This document shows, piece by piece, positions 10,901-19,558 of a stretch of 64,000 nt of DNA. Source of the stretch: an uncultured delta proteobacterium (GTDB taxonomy: Bacteria; Bdellovibrionota; FAC87; UBA2466). A program made the translations under genes and the position numbers. The notes beneath the pieces are model-generated. The model did not search any database and had not been told where the DNA came from. It saw only the letters and a list, made by a program, of their open reading frames with translations. The stretch's first letter is position 1; each line of letters starts with the position of its first letter. The DNA is taken from the NCBI GenBank assembly GCA_963778115.1, contig CAVZSV010000004.1:2752001-2816000 (forward strand). Direction: 5' to 3'.

Positions 10901-11536
10901 CGCGGGATCTATCCAAACTTGAGCACTCCAATCTTCGAAGGTTTGCAGTGCCAACTGTATCTTTTCCAATACGGTGGGCGCAGGAAAATGAGAACAAAGA
11001 TTTTGAATCCGTTGCGCTTCCGAAGGGCCCAAGGCCTCCGTTTTTAATTTCTTTTCACAGTCCACGAGAAAAATTACGACTTCGGCCAATCGCTGTTCGT
11101 CATCGATGCGGCCGGAAGGGGGTTCGTGCGAAAGGATGCGCTTAACGCCTTCGTCTAATTCCTTAAAGCGCGCGGCGTCGACGGCAGCTTCGGTAAACCG
11201 TTTGAAGACCCGAATGTTAAGGAAGTCTTTCTTGAAACGAAAGACGGGCTGAAGTTCTAGCGTATCGTTCTTAAGTTTCGCCGTGTAAGTCGTGATGTTG
11301 AAGAGTTTTGCTAGAAAATCGCCCACAAGTTTCGCGGCGTCGATAAGAATCTCAGCTTCTTGAGGTGGCGTCACCTTGTCGGTTCCCACAGTTTCGAATC
11401 GTTCGCGAAGATTGGGAGTCGCAGCCGTGGCGAATTTCCAGAACTCCGAGTGCAGATCGCGCAATCGATCCACGTTGTAGAGATCGGAAAAGTGAAATCC
11501 GCTGACACCAAGCGGTAGGTCTTTAAGGTCGCTCAT
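7937..11536 (-). CDS. Large FAD/Fe-S oxidoreductase: GltD/NfnL-like module fused to an FNR/PyrK (NfnS)-like module
   Basis: CIYC..C..GCP and CPGTGHRICNDCMKGC clusters; GLGPAG and IGGGLTAID Rossmann motifs; PGQF, GPTG, GGGLG and C-terminal MQCMMKEVCAQC...C. Confidence 0.85.
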   Translation of the reverse strand: MSDLKDLPLGVSGFHFSDLYNVDRLRDLHSEFWKFATAATPNLRERFETVGTDKVTPPQEAEILIDAAKLVGDFLAKLFNITTYTAKLKNDTLELQPVFRFKKDFLNIRVFKRFTEAAVDAARFKELDEGVKRILSHEPPSGRIDDEQRLAEVVIFLVDCEKKLKTEALGPSEAQRIQNLCSHFPAPTVLEKIQLALQTFEDWSAQVWIDPARRVAIKDWVSFVRPNKIEYEKLVPTEHPDSALPEKSVGPSQHLRFREGFKLTDGRMNPKQVLREIDYCIYCHQREKDSCTKGFVEKSGGFKKNPLGIELEGCPLDERISEMHWLRKQGEVIASLAMIMLDNPMCPGTGHRICNDCMKGCIFQKQDPVNIPQNETGVLTDVLNLPYGFEIYSLLTRFNPINKRRPFALPYNGNDVLVVGLGPAGYTLSHYLANDGFGVVGIDGLKLEPVDATLTGKGKPFPKPIQNYSELKKDLDERILMGFGGVSEYGITVRWDKNFLAVIYLTLLRRKNLRVYGGVRFGGTLTLDDAWDLGFKHVAFATGAGRPTVINMKNNLIRGIRKASDFLMALQLTGAFKRPSLANLQVRLPAVVIGGGLTAIDTATELLAYYPLQVEKALDRFELLCREFTETTVWGMCDEEEKGILKTFIEHGKAVREERAKAEKEKRNPNFISLCRSWGGVSIAYRKKMSDSPAYRLNHEEVIKALEEGITFIENLNPVEAVRDCFGAVDAIKFQRADNTEITLPAKSVCVAAGTSPNTIYEREFPGTFKLDDKKYFFRKYQAEKTAEGNWGLTEVSGKSREAFFLSYEKHNRFVTFYGDNHPDFAGNVVKAMASAKRGAPHVSKLFWNDILSAEKGAGADFSHFEQLTKHLDEALVPRIVRVVRLTPTIVEVIVKAHYASNKFEPGQFYRLQNYETSAHSIENSRLQLEGIALTGAWVDKENDLLSMIVLEMGASSRLCSMLKPGDPVVVMGPTGTPSEIPPSQTVMLVGGGLGNAVLLSIAKALRANNSKVLYFAGYKKPQDIFKQDDIEAVTDQVIWAVDSGTIPARRPQDIAFTGNIVQAILAYAKGELQKNPLFSTNKVDHIIAIGSDRMMSAVTEARHGVLAPYLKKDHVGIASINSAMQCMMKEVCAQCLQRHIDPVTKKETFVFSCYNQDQHMDCVDFKNLNERLKMNSLSEKLTNRYVDYLFQKGKIERV

Positions 11537-11656
11537 GATTGGAAGTTTTCCTCACTACTTGCCGTCTATAAATATCGTCATTACGGCGGGTTATCAACTT
11601 TTTCCTTGGAGTTGCGACTCTTCGATGCCCTGTCGTTAAATGCACTCTCCCAATTT

Positions 11657-11796
11657 CTATAATTTTCGAAGTCCGAGCGGGCTAGACATAGGAAATAACG
11701 CTAGAGCGACAGGCTAAAGCTAGCGCTAGAAAAGCCAAAAATTATAGGCTAGCACTCGCTCTAGCCTGGCGCTTTAGCTTTATTATCTAGATCTAG
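11657..11796. repeat. CTAG-dense intergenic element with interleaved inverted repeats
   Basis: 8 CTAG sites in 11682-11796; IR pairs 11700-09/11756-65, 11713-20/11771-78 and 11657-66/11738-47. Confidence 0.6.
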
Positions 11797-11803
11797 TTCT
11801 AAT

Positions 11804-12136
11804 TTATTTGTCTTTGAGCTTATTGCCGGCCTTCTTAATAGAGTCGGCGGCTTTTTCAGCGGTGGAAGCTAGCGTTTCATAACCTTTGGAAGCGATTCGT
11901 GCCCCTTTGGCCACAATATCCAAACCCTTTGCGGTTGCATTTGCGCCCTGGGAGAGGTTCGTCTTGTTGAGCGCTTCACCGGCTTTGCTAATGGCCGTTT
12001 TTGAGCCTTCAATTCCCACACCCACGGCCTGTTTTAGCGTTCCCACCGTCTTAGCGGCGTCTTTGCCGATCTTGGTGGCCTTGTCTTTCAGATCTCCGAC
12101 GTTCTTTAGAATCTTGGGAATGGACTCTTTTTTCAT
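11804..12136 (-). CDS. Small Lys/Ala-rich amphipathic protein at the Bd0108 (hit) position
   Basis: 110-aa ORF 18 nt downstream of the RHS gene on the same strand; K/A/G/T-rich helical composition; no signal peptide. Confidence 0.7.
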   Translation of the reverse strand: MKKESIPKILKNVGDLKDKATKIGKDAAKTVGTLKQAVGVGIEGSKTAISKAGEALNKTNLSQGANATAKGLDIVAKGARIASKGYETLASTAEKAADSIKKAGNKLKDK

Positions 12137-12154
12137 TTAGGAAAACCCTTATGC

Positions 12155-13894
12155 TTAGCTTGCTAGCAGATTTACACCCGCGGGGCGAATCACATCAAGC
12201 AAATGTTGAAAGCCCTGCATTACGCGGCGAACCACCTCTTGTGATTTAAGCTGGGTGGGCTTTCGGCCGACTTCCTTCGAGACCGCTGTTTCGGTCTTTC
12301 TGATTCTGCCTTCGCCATCGTATTCCACTCGGATGGTTCCGACTTTTTTATCTGCAATAAGAATTGGTTTGCCTTGATCGCCGTATTTGAAAGTGATCTC
12401 CTGACCTCTTAAATCGTTCATTTCAGTGATGCGGCCCAGTTTGTCGTACTTGAGACTCACCTTTTCGTTGTGGGAGTTGCTTCCTTTGACGAGATTTCCG
12501 TGATCGTCGTACTCATACTCAGAGGAAAATCCGCTTTGGCTTACTTTGGTGACCTTCTTCCATCTGGGGTCATACTCCAGACGAATATCCTCTTTGGGAT
12601 TTACTTTTTCGGCGAGAAGCCCGTTGTCGTAATATTTGAAATTTGTCACTTCTCCGTTCTTGGTAATCTGCGTGGGGCGACCGCAACAGGGAGTAAAAAG
12701 GGTGACGGTGGTAACGCCGTTTAGGCGCGTCTCTTGTTTATAGAGGTACTTCGTACCATCCGTTCGTGCTTTAATGAAAAATTCGTCGTATTGCTCGTCG
12801 TTAACGTTGGGTCCCTTGGCGACCGATTTGGTCCAGAAATTGTTTTCCGGATCGTTGGGCTGCTTGCCATAAGTATAGTCGGTATCGACCCCATCTTTTT
12901 CGTGGTGAAAGACAACAAGCCCATTATCGTCGTATCTCAGCTCGCGAAAGACAGGGGAACCCGGTTTACTTTCCGACACGTAATCGACTTTAGTCAGCAA
13001 ATGAGGAAAACGTTTGTTTTCATATTTATAGCCGTAAACCTGTCGCGCGCTGTCGGTGACTTCGACTAGATTTCCCTGAGCATCATAATTGTATTTTGCT
13101 CGCTGGTTACGGTTGTCGATCACTTCGATGACACGGTCCTGTTTCCACGTGAATCTAAGTGTACTAGCGTTGTCTTGTGTGGCTATCTCTGTCACTTGAA
13201 GTTTCTGCGAACCGGAATATTTGTAGTCTTGATAAAATCCGTTCTTATCGCGTTGGCGGCTGAGTCTGCCGTTGTTGTCGAAATATTGGGTGATACCGTC
13301 TTTCTCTCTAATCCAGAGGTCATTTTTAAATTGAAGCGTTTGGTATCCGAATTCCGACGAAACCAGAATCTCACCGGGCGGAATGTTTCCTTTTACGCCG
13401 AATTTGGAAGCAAGCTCCATCCTAAATTGGGGATCGCCTTTAAGCTTTGAGACAATACGGTCGGGTAATTGCATTTTTGCCAGTTGACTGTCAGATAGCT
13501 TGCGATTTGTTTTTCTTTCGAAGTACGCGCGCTTCATTCGAGCCATGAACTCTTCGCGAACTTTGGGATCGTCTTTTTCGGGTTTGAACAGAACCGTGTT
13601 TCCCGTCACTCCGTCTCGAAGCAGAACGTGGTGTTCGGCAGTAATGGTGAGGGAGGTTTCGAAAGGTACCGTCCATCCCCACCCAAAAGCTCCGTTCCAT
13701 CCACTCACTTCATTAACCGCAGTGATGGAATTGTAAGTTCGGACGAGTTCAAGGGGAACTACGGGTCCCGGAATACTAAAATCGGCGTAGACCAGACTGG
13801 CCCCGCCGTTAAGACGATTGACTGTCACAGCGTGAGAGACAATCGAAAAAGAACAGAAAAATGCTATCGCTACGAACTTTTGCGGCACACCCAT
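12155..13894 (-). CDS. Exported RHS/YD-repeat protein (Bd0109-like)
   Basis: Signal peptide; LVRTYNS..G.FGWGW (DUF6531-like); YD repeats (YNYDAQGNL, YEYDDHGNL, YDKLGRI); no toxin tip. Confidence 0.85.
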   Translation of the reverse strand: MGVPQKFVAIAFFCSFSIVSHAVTVNRLNGGASLVYADFSIPGPVVPLELVRTYNSITAVNEVSGWNGAFGWGWTVPFETSLTITAEHHVLLRDGVTGNTVLFKPEKDDPKVREEFMARMKRAYFERKTNRKLSDSQLAKMQLPDRIVSKLKGDPQFRMELASKFGVKGNIPPGEILVSSEFGYQTLQFKNDLWIREKDGITQYFDNNGRLSRQRDKNGFYQDYKYSGSQKLQVTEIATQDNASTLRFTWKQDRVIEVIDNRNQRAKYNYDAQGNLVEVTDSARQVYGYKYENKRFPHLLTKVDYVSESKPGSPVFRELRYDDNGLVVFHHEKDGVDTDYTYGKQPNDPENNFWTKSVAKGPNVNDEQYDEFFIKARTDGTKYLYKQETRLNGVTTVTLFTPCCGRPTQITKNGEVTNFKYYDNGLLAEKVNPKEDIRLEYDPRWKKVTKVSQSGFSSEYEYDDHGNLVKGSNSHNEKVSLKYDKLGRITEMNDLRGQEITFKYGDQGKPILIADKKVGTIRVEYDGEGRIRKTETAVSKEVGRKPTQLKSQEVVRRVMQGFQHLLDVIRPAGVNLLAS

Positions 13895-13902
13895 TTGATC
13901 AA

Positions 13903-14778
13903 TTATACCTTAACTTGGACTATCTTCCAGATTGTCCAACCACCGATGGCCTGCAGCGACATCATCGCTGACAATAGGACCCAGCCAGGGATGGTGGTAA
14001 ACATGGGAGCAATGCGTTCGGGATCGATGGTATAGAGGATCGCACCCAAGGCAAAAGGCATCAAAACGACGATAATGCCCTGCAGCACGCCCTGGGATAC
14101 CATGGCTGCGATTTTGGATTCGATTTTTATCCGCTCACGGATGGTATAGGAAATCGAGTCGAAGGTTTCGGCCAAGTTACCGCCGGTCTCCTTTAAAATA
14201 TTGACGCTAGTCGTAAACATCTCAATGTCATCATGGGGCATGCGCACGGTGAGGTTAGAAAGAGCTTCTTCAAGAGAAATGCCCAATTTGTTTTGTGACA
14301 AGACGAGTCCAAATTCCTGGGAGATCGGATTAGGAAGTTCGTCGCATACTAATTGCAAAGCTTGCGGAACGTTTAGCCCTGACCGCATGGCGTTGGACAT
14401 CAAACTTAATCCGTCGACCATTTGAACGACAAATTTCTTGGTGCGCCGCGTATGGGCCATTCGGATCATCATGCTGGGAAGTTTCCAACCCACAACGGCA
14501 AAGAGAACCCCGAAGCAAAAGCCGCCGCCCGCCGACGGCACGAGGATAAATCCCATGAGAAAGGCGCTAATTAGGTAGGCCGCGTAGAATCGCGAAACCT
14601 GTTTGCCCGTCGTTTGAACGAACATCAAGTCGAGGGTGCTGAGCATATAGTCGCGTTCGATTACGAACTTCGAACCTACCCAGGAGTAAAGTTTGTCACC
14701 ATTGAGAAAGAGGCCAATCAAAATGACGCCTCCCACCCACACGATGCAAATCACTTCCATGATGAAAGAAAAATGCAT
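13903..14778 (-). CDS. tadB: Tad pilus inner-membrane platform protein TadB (T2SSF)
   Basis: MRSGLNVPQAL, PISQEF and ETGGNLAE motifs plus TM helices. Confidence 0.88.
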   Translation of the reverse strand: MHFSFIMEVICIVWVGGVILIGLFLNGDKLYSWVGSKFVIERDYMLSTLDLMFVQTTGKQVSRFYAAYLISAFLMGFILVPSAGGGFCFGVLFAVVGWKLPSMMIRMAHTRRTKKFVVQMVDGLSLMSNAMRSGLNVPQALQLVCDELPNPISQEFGLVLSQNKLGISLEEALSNLTVRMPHDDIEMFTTSVNILKETGGNLAETFDSISYTIRERIKIESKIAAMVSQGVLQGIIVVLMPFALGAILYTIDPERIAPMFTTIPGWVLLSAMMSLQAIGGWTIWKIVQVKV

Positions 14779-14789
14779 AAGTCCTTTCC

Positions 14790-16973
14790 TTACGTAACCG
14801 AAAAAATACCTCGGGGAATTTTGATTCCCTGCTGTTCTAATTCATCGATAAACTTTGGAATAAATCCGGTTGCAACAAACTTACCGACGACTTTGCGATT
14901 CTTGTCGAGCCCTGTTTTTCTAAATCCGAAAATCTCCTGCATCGTAACGACATCACCCTGCATGCCAACGATTTCGGTGATGCTCGTTACTTTCCTGGAA
15001 CCGTCGGAAAGACGTGACTGTTGAACCACTAGATTTACGGCGGAAGCGATCTGCTCGCGAATGGCCTTCGCGGGAAGATCCATTCCGGCCATCATTACCA
15101 GAGTCTCTAAACGGGCGATGCAATCCCGAGGCGAGTTGGAGTGGACGGTCGTCATACTTCCGTCATGACCCGTGTTCATGGCTTGAAGCATGTCTAGCGC
15201 TTCACCGGCGCGGCACTCACCCACGACGATACGATCGGGACGCATCCGAAGGGTGTTTCTCACAAGCTCTCGAATACTGACTTCGCCTTTTCCTTCAATG
15301 TTGGCGGGTCTGGTCTCTAATCGACCCCAGTGATCTTGAGGAAGCTGAAGTTCGGCGGAGTCTTCCACGGTCAAAATTCTTTCGCCTGTCGGAATGAAAG
15401 AGGCCATCACGTTTAGCAAAGTCGTTTTACCGGAGCCGGTACCTCCTGAGATGATGACGTTCAGCCGCGCTTCGATACAGGCTCGAAGAAAATCCGCCAT
15501 CTCTTCGGTCATGGATCCGTACTTCACCAAATCCTTATAGGTAAGTCGGCTCTTTGAAAATTTTCGAATCGTGAGCATCGGCCCTTGAATCGACAAAGGA
15601 GGAATAATGGCGTGAACGCGTGAGCCGTCAGGAAGACGAGCGTCTACATAAGGGGTCTTCTCATCGATTCTTCGTCCCAATGGCGCGACAATTCGCTCGA
15701 TAACGGCTAGTAACTGTGCGGTGCCCGAAAATCCGACGTTGGTCTTTACCAACTTACCACCGCGTTCGACATAGATCTGATCCTTGCGATTGACCATGAT
15801 CTCGTTCACGGAATCGTCAGCCAAAAGGTCTTGAAGCGGTCCTAACTCTAAAGCTTCGTCCAGAATCTCTTTGACGAGTTTTTGAATTTCATCCCGGGAT
15901 TTAAAAGGGTGATCCTCTTTGTCGAGTAGTTCAACGACCACAGTCTTGGTTTTTTCTCGAAGGACTGCTTTTTTCTTGGGGTCATTTCCAGTCTCGGTAT
16001 CGACCTTTTTCAAATCCATCGTTTCGATAAGTTGTCGGTGAATGCGTTGTTTAAGGGCTGCCCAAGAATCGGCGGGCTTCTCGTCGCGCATGGAGCTACG
16101 ATCGAAGACGATGTTGGGATTGCCTTCTTTCTTTTCAGCTCCGGCGGCAGATCCTCCTGGCTTGGAACCTCGCGAAGTGAATCGCGAGAGTGCATCCGAT
16201 GGCTTTTTCAACTGGGAGAGTTTTTCTAAAAGCTGTTGCTCGGAAACCGTTCGCACCAAAGTAAAATAGGATTTTGTGATTTCCGTGCGGGCCGCAGCAA
16301 TCACGAAAGGCTGCGCTTTTGCCATTGAGGTCACTGTCGTGACTTCATCTTCAGGAATAACCGCTACAATCTGCTTTTTTAAATTGTTTTGGACAATTTG
16401 TGGTTGAATTCCCTTTTTCGGAGAGAATCGATTGAGAACGACTTTGATCATGTCCGACGGGAAGAGCAGGTTTTGTACCTTTTCAATAATCTTTCGGGTG
16501 TGGTGAAGGACGATAATTTCGGGCATGGTCAGAACGAATATCATCGAAGAGGTTTCGAGAGCTTTTACCCCGCTCGCATCTAGATCCGATCCGAGATCCA
16601 CGATGATGATATTAAAAAAATTCATCAGATGCGTAAAAGCTTTAGCGACGTGAGTGGGCTCCAAAGAACTAAGTTGTTCCACATCAAGAACGCTAGGAAT
16701 GAAGAAAATACCCGAAGAATGCTGGGCGACATAGGTGCCCATTAGATTGGCGTCGAATTTTCCTTCGTGCTGTCCGAGTTCAAGAAGCGTTCGCTTGGGT
16801 TTGAGTCCCAAGATCATGCTGATGTCGCCACAAGCTTTGGGATCCATGTCGACAAGTAACACTTTGCCTTTGGTGTCTACTGCTGTGGCGATAGCGTAGT
16901 TGGTGGCAAAGGTGGACTTACCCACCCCGCCTTTGCCGCCAAGTACCGCAATTACGTGAGAACTTTGAGCCAT
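14790..16973 (-). CDS. tadA: CpaE/TadZ (MinD-like) - CpaF/TadA ATPase fusion
   Basis: N-terminal [11 protein letters not shown]-terminal [23 protein letters not shown] and AMNTGHDGS. Confidence 0.92.
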   Translation of the reverse strand: MAQSSHVIAVLGGKGGVGKSTFATNYAIATAVDTKGKVLLVDMDPKACGDISMILGLKPKRTLLELGQHEGKFDANLMGTYVAQHSSGIFFIPSVLDVEQLSSLEPTHVAKAFTHLMNFFNIIIVDLGSDLDASGVKALETSSMIFVLTMPEIIVLHHTRKIIEKVQNLLFPSDMIKVVLNRFSPKKGIQPQIVQNNLKKQIVAVIPEDEVTTVTSMAKAQPFVIAAARTEITKSYFTLVRTVSEQQLLEKLSQLKKPSDALSRFTSRGSKPGGSAAGAEKKEGNPNIVFDRSSMRDEKPADSWAALKQRIHRQLIETMDLKKVDTETGNDPKKKAVLREKTKTVVVELLDKEDHPFKSRDEIQKLVKEILDEALELGPLQDLLADDSVNEIMVNRKDQIYVERGGKLVKTNVGFSGTAQLLAVIERIVAPLGRRIDEKTPYVDARLPDGSRVHAIIPPLSIQGPMLTIRKFSKSRLTYKDLVKYGSMTEEMADFLRACIEARLNVIISGGTGSGKTTLLNVMASFIPTGERILTVEDSAELQLPQDHWGRLETRPANIEGKGEVSIRELVRNTLRMRPDRIVVGECRAGEALDMLQAMNTGHDGSMTTVHSNSPRDCIARLETLVMMAGMDLPAKAIREQIASAVNLVVQQSRLSDGSRKVTSITEIVGMQGDVVTMQEIFGFRKTGLDKNRKVVGKFVATGFIPKFIDELEQQGIKIPRGIFSVT

Positions 16974-16975
16974 CG

Positions 16976-18598
16976 TTATTTCTCTCCGGCGTTTAACCGG
17001 AACTTTCGCGACATGTCATCAGTAGCCGCTCCGGCAGTCCTAATGACCTCGGGAGTCACAAAGATGATGAACTGTTGTTTGGAATGATCGTAATTTTTTG
17101 ATCTCTGAAAATTAAAGAGCGGACTGCCGCTCGAGTTCTGGTTAGCGGCTCCTGCTCCCCCATTTTGGTTTTTCGACGAAGAGGGATTACGGTTGTAGTC
17201 GGCCGTCATGTTATCCAGAGCATAACCTCCCAATGCCGCCGAATCGCCGTTTTTGACGGTGACCTGCGTCTGTAGGGAGTTCGTGGACACCATGGGCGAC
17301 CCCCCGTTATTACCCAAATACTGGTTGAGGGTTATCTGGATACCGAGCTCGATACTGTCCGAGCCAGCAATGGTAGCTGCTCGAACTTTAGTGACGTTTT
17401 GGACGGGAATAGCTTGTAAACTTCTGATTCCCTTTTCGTCCACGCTCGATGCATAGATCTGTAACGAACTTTCGATGGTTGCCGGCTGTTCAGCCTTGTC
17501 CTTTAGAATCAGCTGTTCCTGTTTGAGTACTCGAGCATGGCCGTGGTCTTTTAGGCTATTTAGTTTGGGAAGCAAAGAAGACAACGTCGCGACAAAGTTT
17601 GCCGTAATATCACCTACGGTGCTGTCGTACTTCACCGACGCATTATCGTTATAAAGAGGCTTCCACTCGAAATTGAAACTCTTTGTATAGTCGTTATCCA
17701 ACTCCACATAGTTCATGGTGACTTTGATATCTTGAGCCGGTGGCGGCGCTTGACGTGGGCGAACTCTTAAGAAGTCGATGATCGTGGGAAGCCCTCCGCC
17801 TGATCCTCCGGCCTTTCTGGGTTCGACTTTACCGCCTTCACCGGAATTTTTTTCGACGAAAGCTTCGGGAAGATAGGTTTTTGCAATCTCAACGGCGCGA
17901 TCGGCATCGAAATCGCTATCCGCGGTTCCTTCGAGCAATACGTTATTATTTAGAACTCTGGCACTTATCTCAGGAGAATTAATTTCTCTTTCAATACGCT
18001 CCGCAATGATATTCATCGTAATTTTACTGATGTTCGCCAAATTCTTAATGGGGATCTCTTTTTTCTTTGGGTCACGGTCTTTCATGGCGTCAACGACACG
18101 CATGATTCGAAGCATATCTTTGGGAAGTAAAATATCTCCGTCGATGACAACGGTCCCTCCCACAGGCTTAATCTGAATTCCTTCGACATCTCCCAAAAGA
18201 CTATCCAGCTCTTCGATAACTTCTCCCATGTCTTCACGAGTGACGCGAACGAAGTAGGTCACTTTAGGAGCGCCCGTGCCATCGTGAATCGTCATGTCAG
18301 TGTAGCCTGCGCTTTTGGGAACCAGACGCAACTTACGATCTTTATCGCCCACCTTAATGCGCTGAAAATCGAAAAGGGAAGGGTCACCCACGTAAATGCT
18401 TCCGACATCAAATTTCAATTCGAGAATCTTAGATACTCCTAAGGATAGAGTGAGCTGCTTTTCTTTTCCGTGCGAAGGGTTTTTGACTTCAATGTTATCG
18501 TCGTCATCGGGGGCGGTATCATTGGCGCTGTAAAGCTTTGCCGTCGCAAATAGCGATAGCAAGCTTATCAGGCACAGTACGGTAAATTTCTTATTCAT
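16976..18598 (-). CDS. cpaC: Tad secretin (CpaC/RcpA-like) with pilus-formation N domain and BON-like domain
   Basis: Signal peptide after GGAGG RBS; GxTDMTIHD N domain; C-terminal TQVTVKNGDSAALGG...IIFVTPEVI secretin motifs. Confidence 0.82.
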   Translation of the reverse strand: MNKKFTVLCLISLLSLFATAKLYSANDTAPDDDDNIEVKNPSHGKEKQLTLSLGVSKILELKFDVGSIYVGDPSLFDFQRIKVGDKDRKLRLVPKSAGYTDMTIHDGTGAPKVTYFVRVTREDMGEVIEELDSLLGDVEGIQIKPVGGTVVIDGDILLPKDMLRIMRVVDAMKDRDPKKKEIPIKNLANISKITMNIIAERIEREINSPEISARVLNNNVLLEGTADSDFDADRAVEIAKTYLPEAFVEKNSGEGGKVEPRKAGGSGGGLPTIIDFLRVRPRQAPPPAQDIKVTMNYVELDNDYTKSFNFEWKPLYNDNASVKYDSTVGDITANFVATLSSLLPKLNSLKDHGHARVLKQEQLILKDKAEQPATIESSLQIYASSVDEKGIRSLQAIPVQNVTKVRAATIAGSDSIELGIQITLNQYLGNNGGSPMVSTNSLQTQVTVKNGDSAALGGYALDNMTADYNRNPSSSKNQNGGAGAANQNSSGSPLFNFQRSKNYDHSKQQFIIFVTPEVIRTAGAATDDMSRKFRLNAGEK

Positions 18599-18637
18599 CC
18601 TACCTCCCAACCTACCCATTCCATCGTCAAGTCACTC

Positions 18638-19555
18638 TCAGTACACGGGAACTGGCTGCTCTCCCACGTAATCATAAAATTTTGGTCGTGGAATCGCTCT
18701 TTGCGGGGGTTGTTTTCCTCCCCTCACATAGTACGAATCCGGTCCCATCACATCGACAAAGTTAGTCGTTCCCAAGCTGCTTAGCGTACGGTCGTCGCTG
18801 TTTCGAAGGAACATCGTGAGCGAGTCGCCGTATACCGACATGACGTAAACGATCTTTTGAGCTTGTTCCGGTGTGACCTCGACGGTGATCGTTTGATACA
18901 TCTGGTCGGTTTTAGCGAATTTAAGAGTGTCTCGTACATCGCCGCGTCCGGGAGCGATAGAGACTTTCTGTTCTTTGGCGACCTCTTCTAAAATATTTTG
19001 ATCGACTCCCTTGGGAGTGTTCATCTGAATCGTTCTTCCCACGGCTAATACCAAAAGGTCTTGCATGAAGACCTTCACCTCCTCAATACCGGAGCCTTGC
19101 GATTTATATTCAAAGTGGGCTGCGAGATCGACGCGATTGCCGGGATAGATCATGTATCCCACGCTAGTCTTGGTATTTACCGGGATACTAATGGCCCGTT
19201 TCCCTATAGATACCTGCGTATCCAATCCCGAGTAAATATTCTTGGAGATAATCTTATTGTCTAAGATCTGCTCGCCTTTGGTAATGGGAACTGCCGCTAC
19301 GGCGTCGATGACGTCTTGGGTATTTTCGATCATGCCCGGAGGAATCATGGCATTGGGGACTGCGACTTCCTCGATATCAGTCGGGCGGATGGTCTCATAC
19401 TGCAAGATATCCCGGCGTGCCACTACCATGCGGCGGTAGGGTTGGCCGTATTTAGCTTCCAGCTCGGCATTCTTCGTTGAGATGAATTGGTAGACCAAAT
19501 ACATCGCAAGTGCTGAGAGCCCTATGGATAATAGAAAAGCGCGACGTTCCATCAT
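18638..19555 (-). CDS. cpaB: Flp pilus assembly protein CpaB/RcpC (copy 2)
   Basis: N-terminal TM; SAF domain (VVARRDI); GKRAISIPV and IYPGNRVD. Confidence 0.88.
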   Translation of the reverse strand: MMERRAFLLSIGLSALAMYLVYQFISTKNAELEAKYGQPYRRMVVARRDILQYETIRPTDIEEVAVPNAMIPPGMIENTQDVIDAVAAVPITKGEQILDNKIISKNIYSGLDTQVSIGKRAISIPVNTKTSVGYMIYPGNRVDLAAHFEYKSQGSGIEEVKVFMQDLLVLAVGRTIQMNTPKGVDQNILEEVAKEQKVSIAPGRGDVRDTLKFAKTDQMYQTITVEVTPEQAQKIVYVMSVYGDSLTMFLRNSDDRTLSSLGTTNFVDVMGPDSYYVRGGKQPPQRAIPRPKFYDYVGEQPVPVY

Positions 19556-19558
19556 AAG

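Noticed and set aside
12155..13894. RHS polymorphic toxin with 11804..12136 as its immunity gene
   Set aside because: No RHS core cleavage motif or toxin domain; the context matches the Bd0109-type pilus-associated protein
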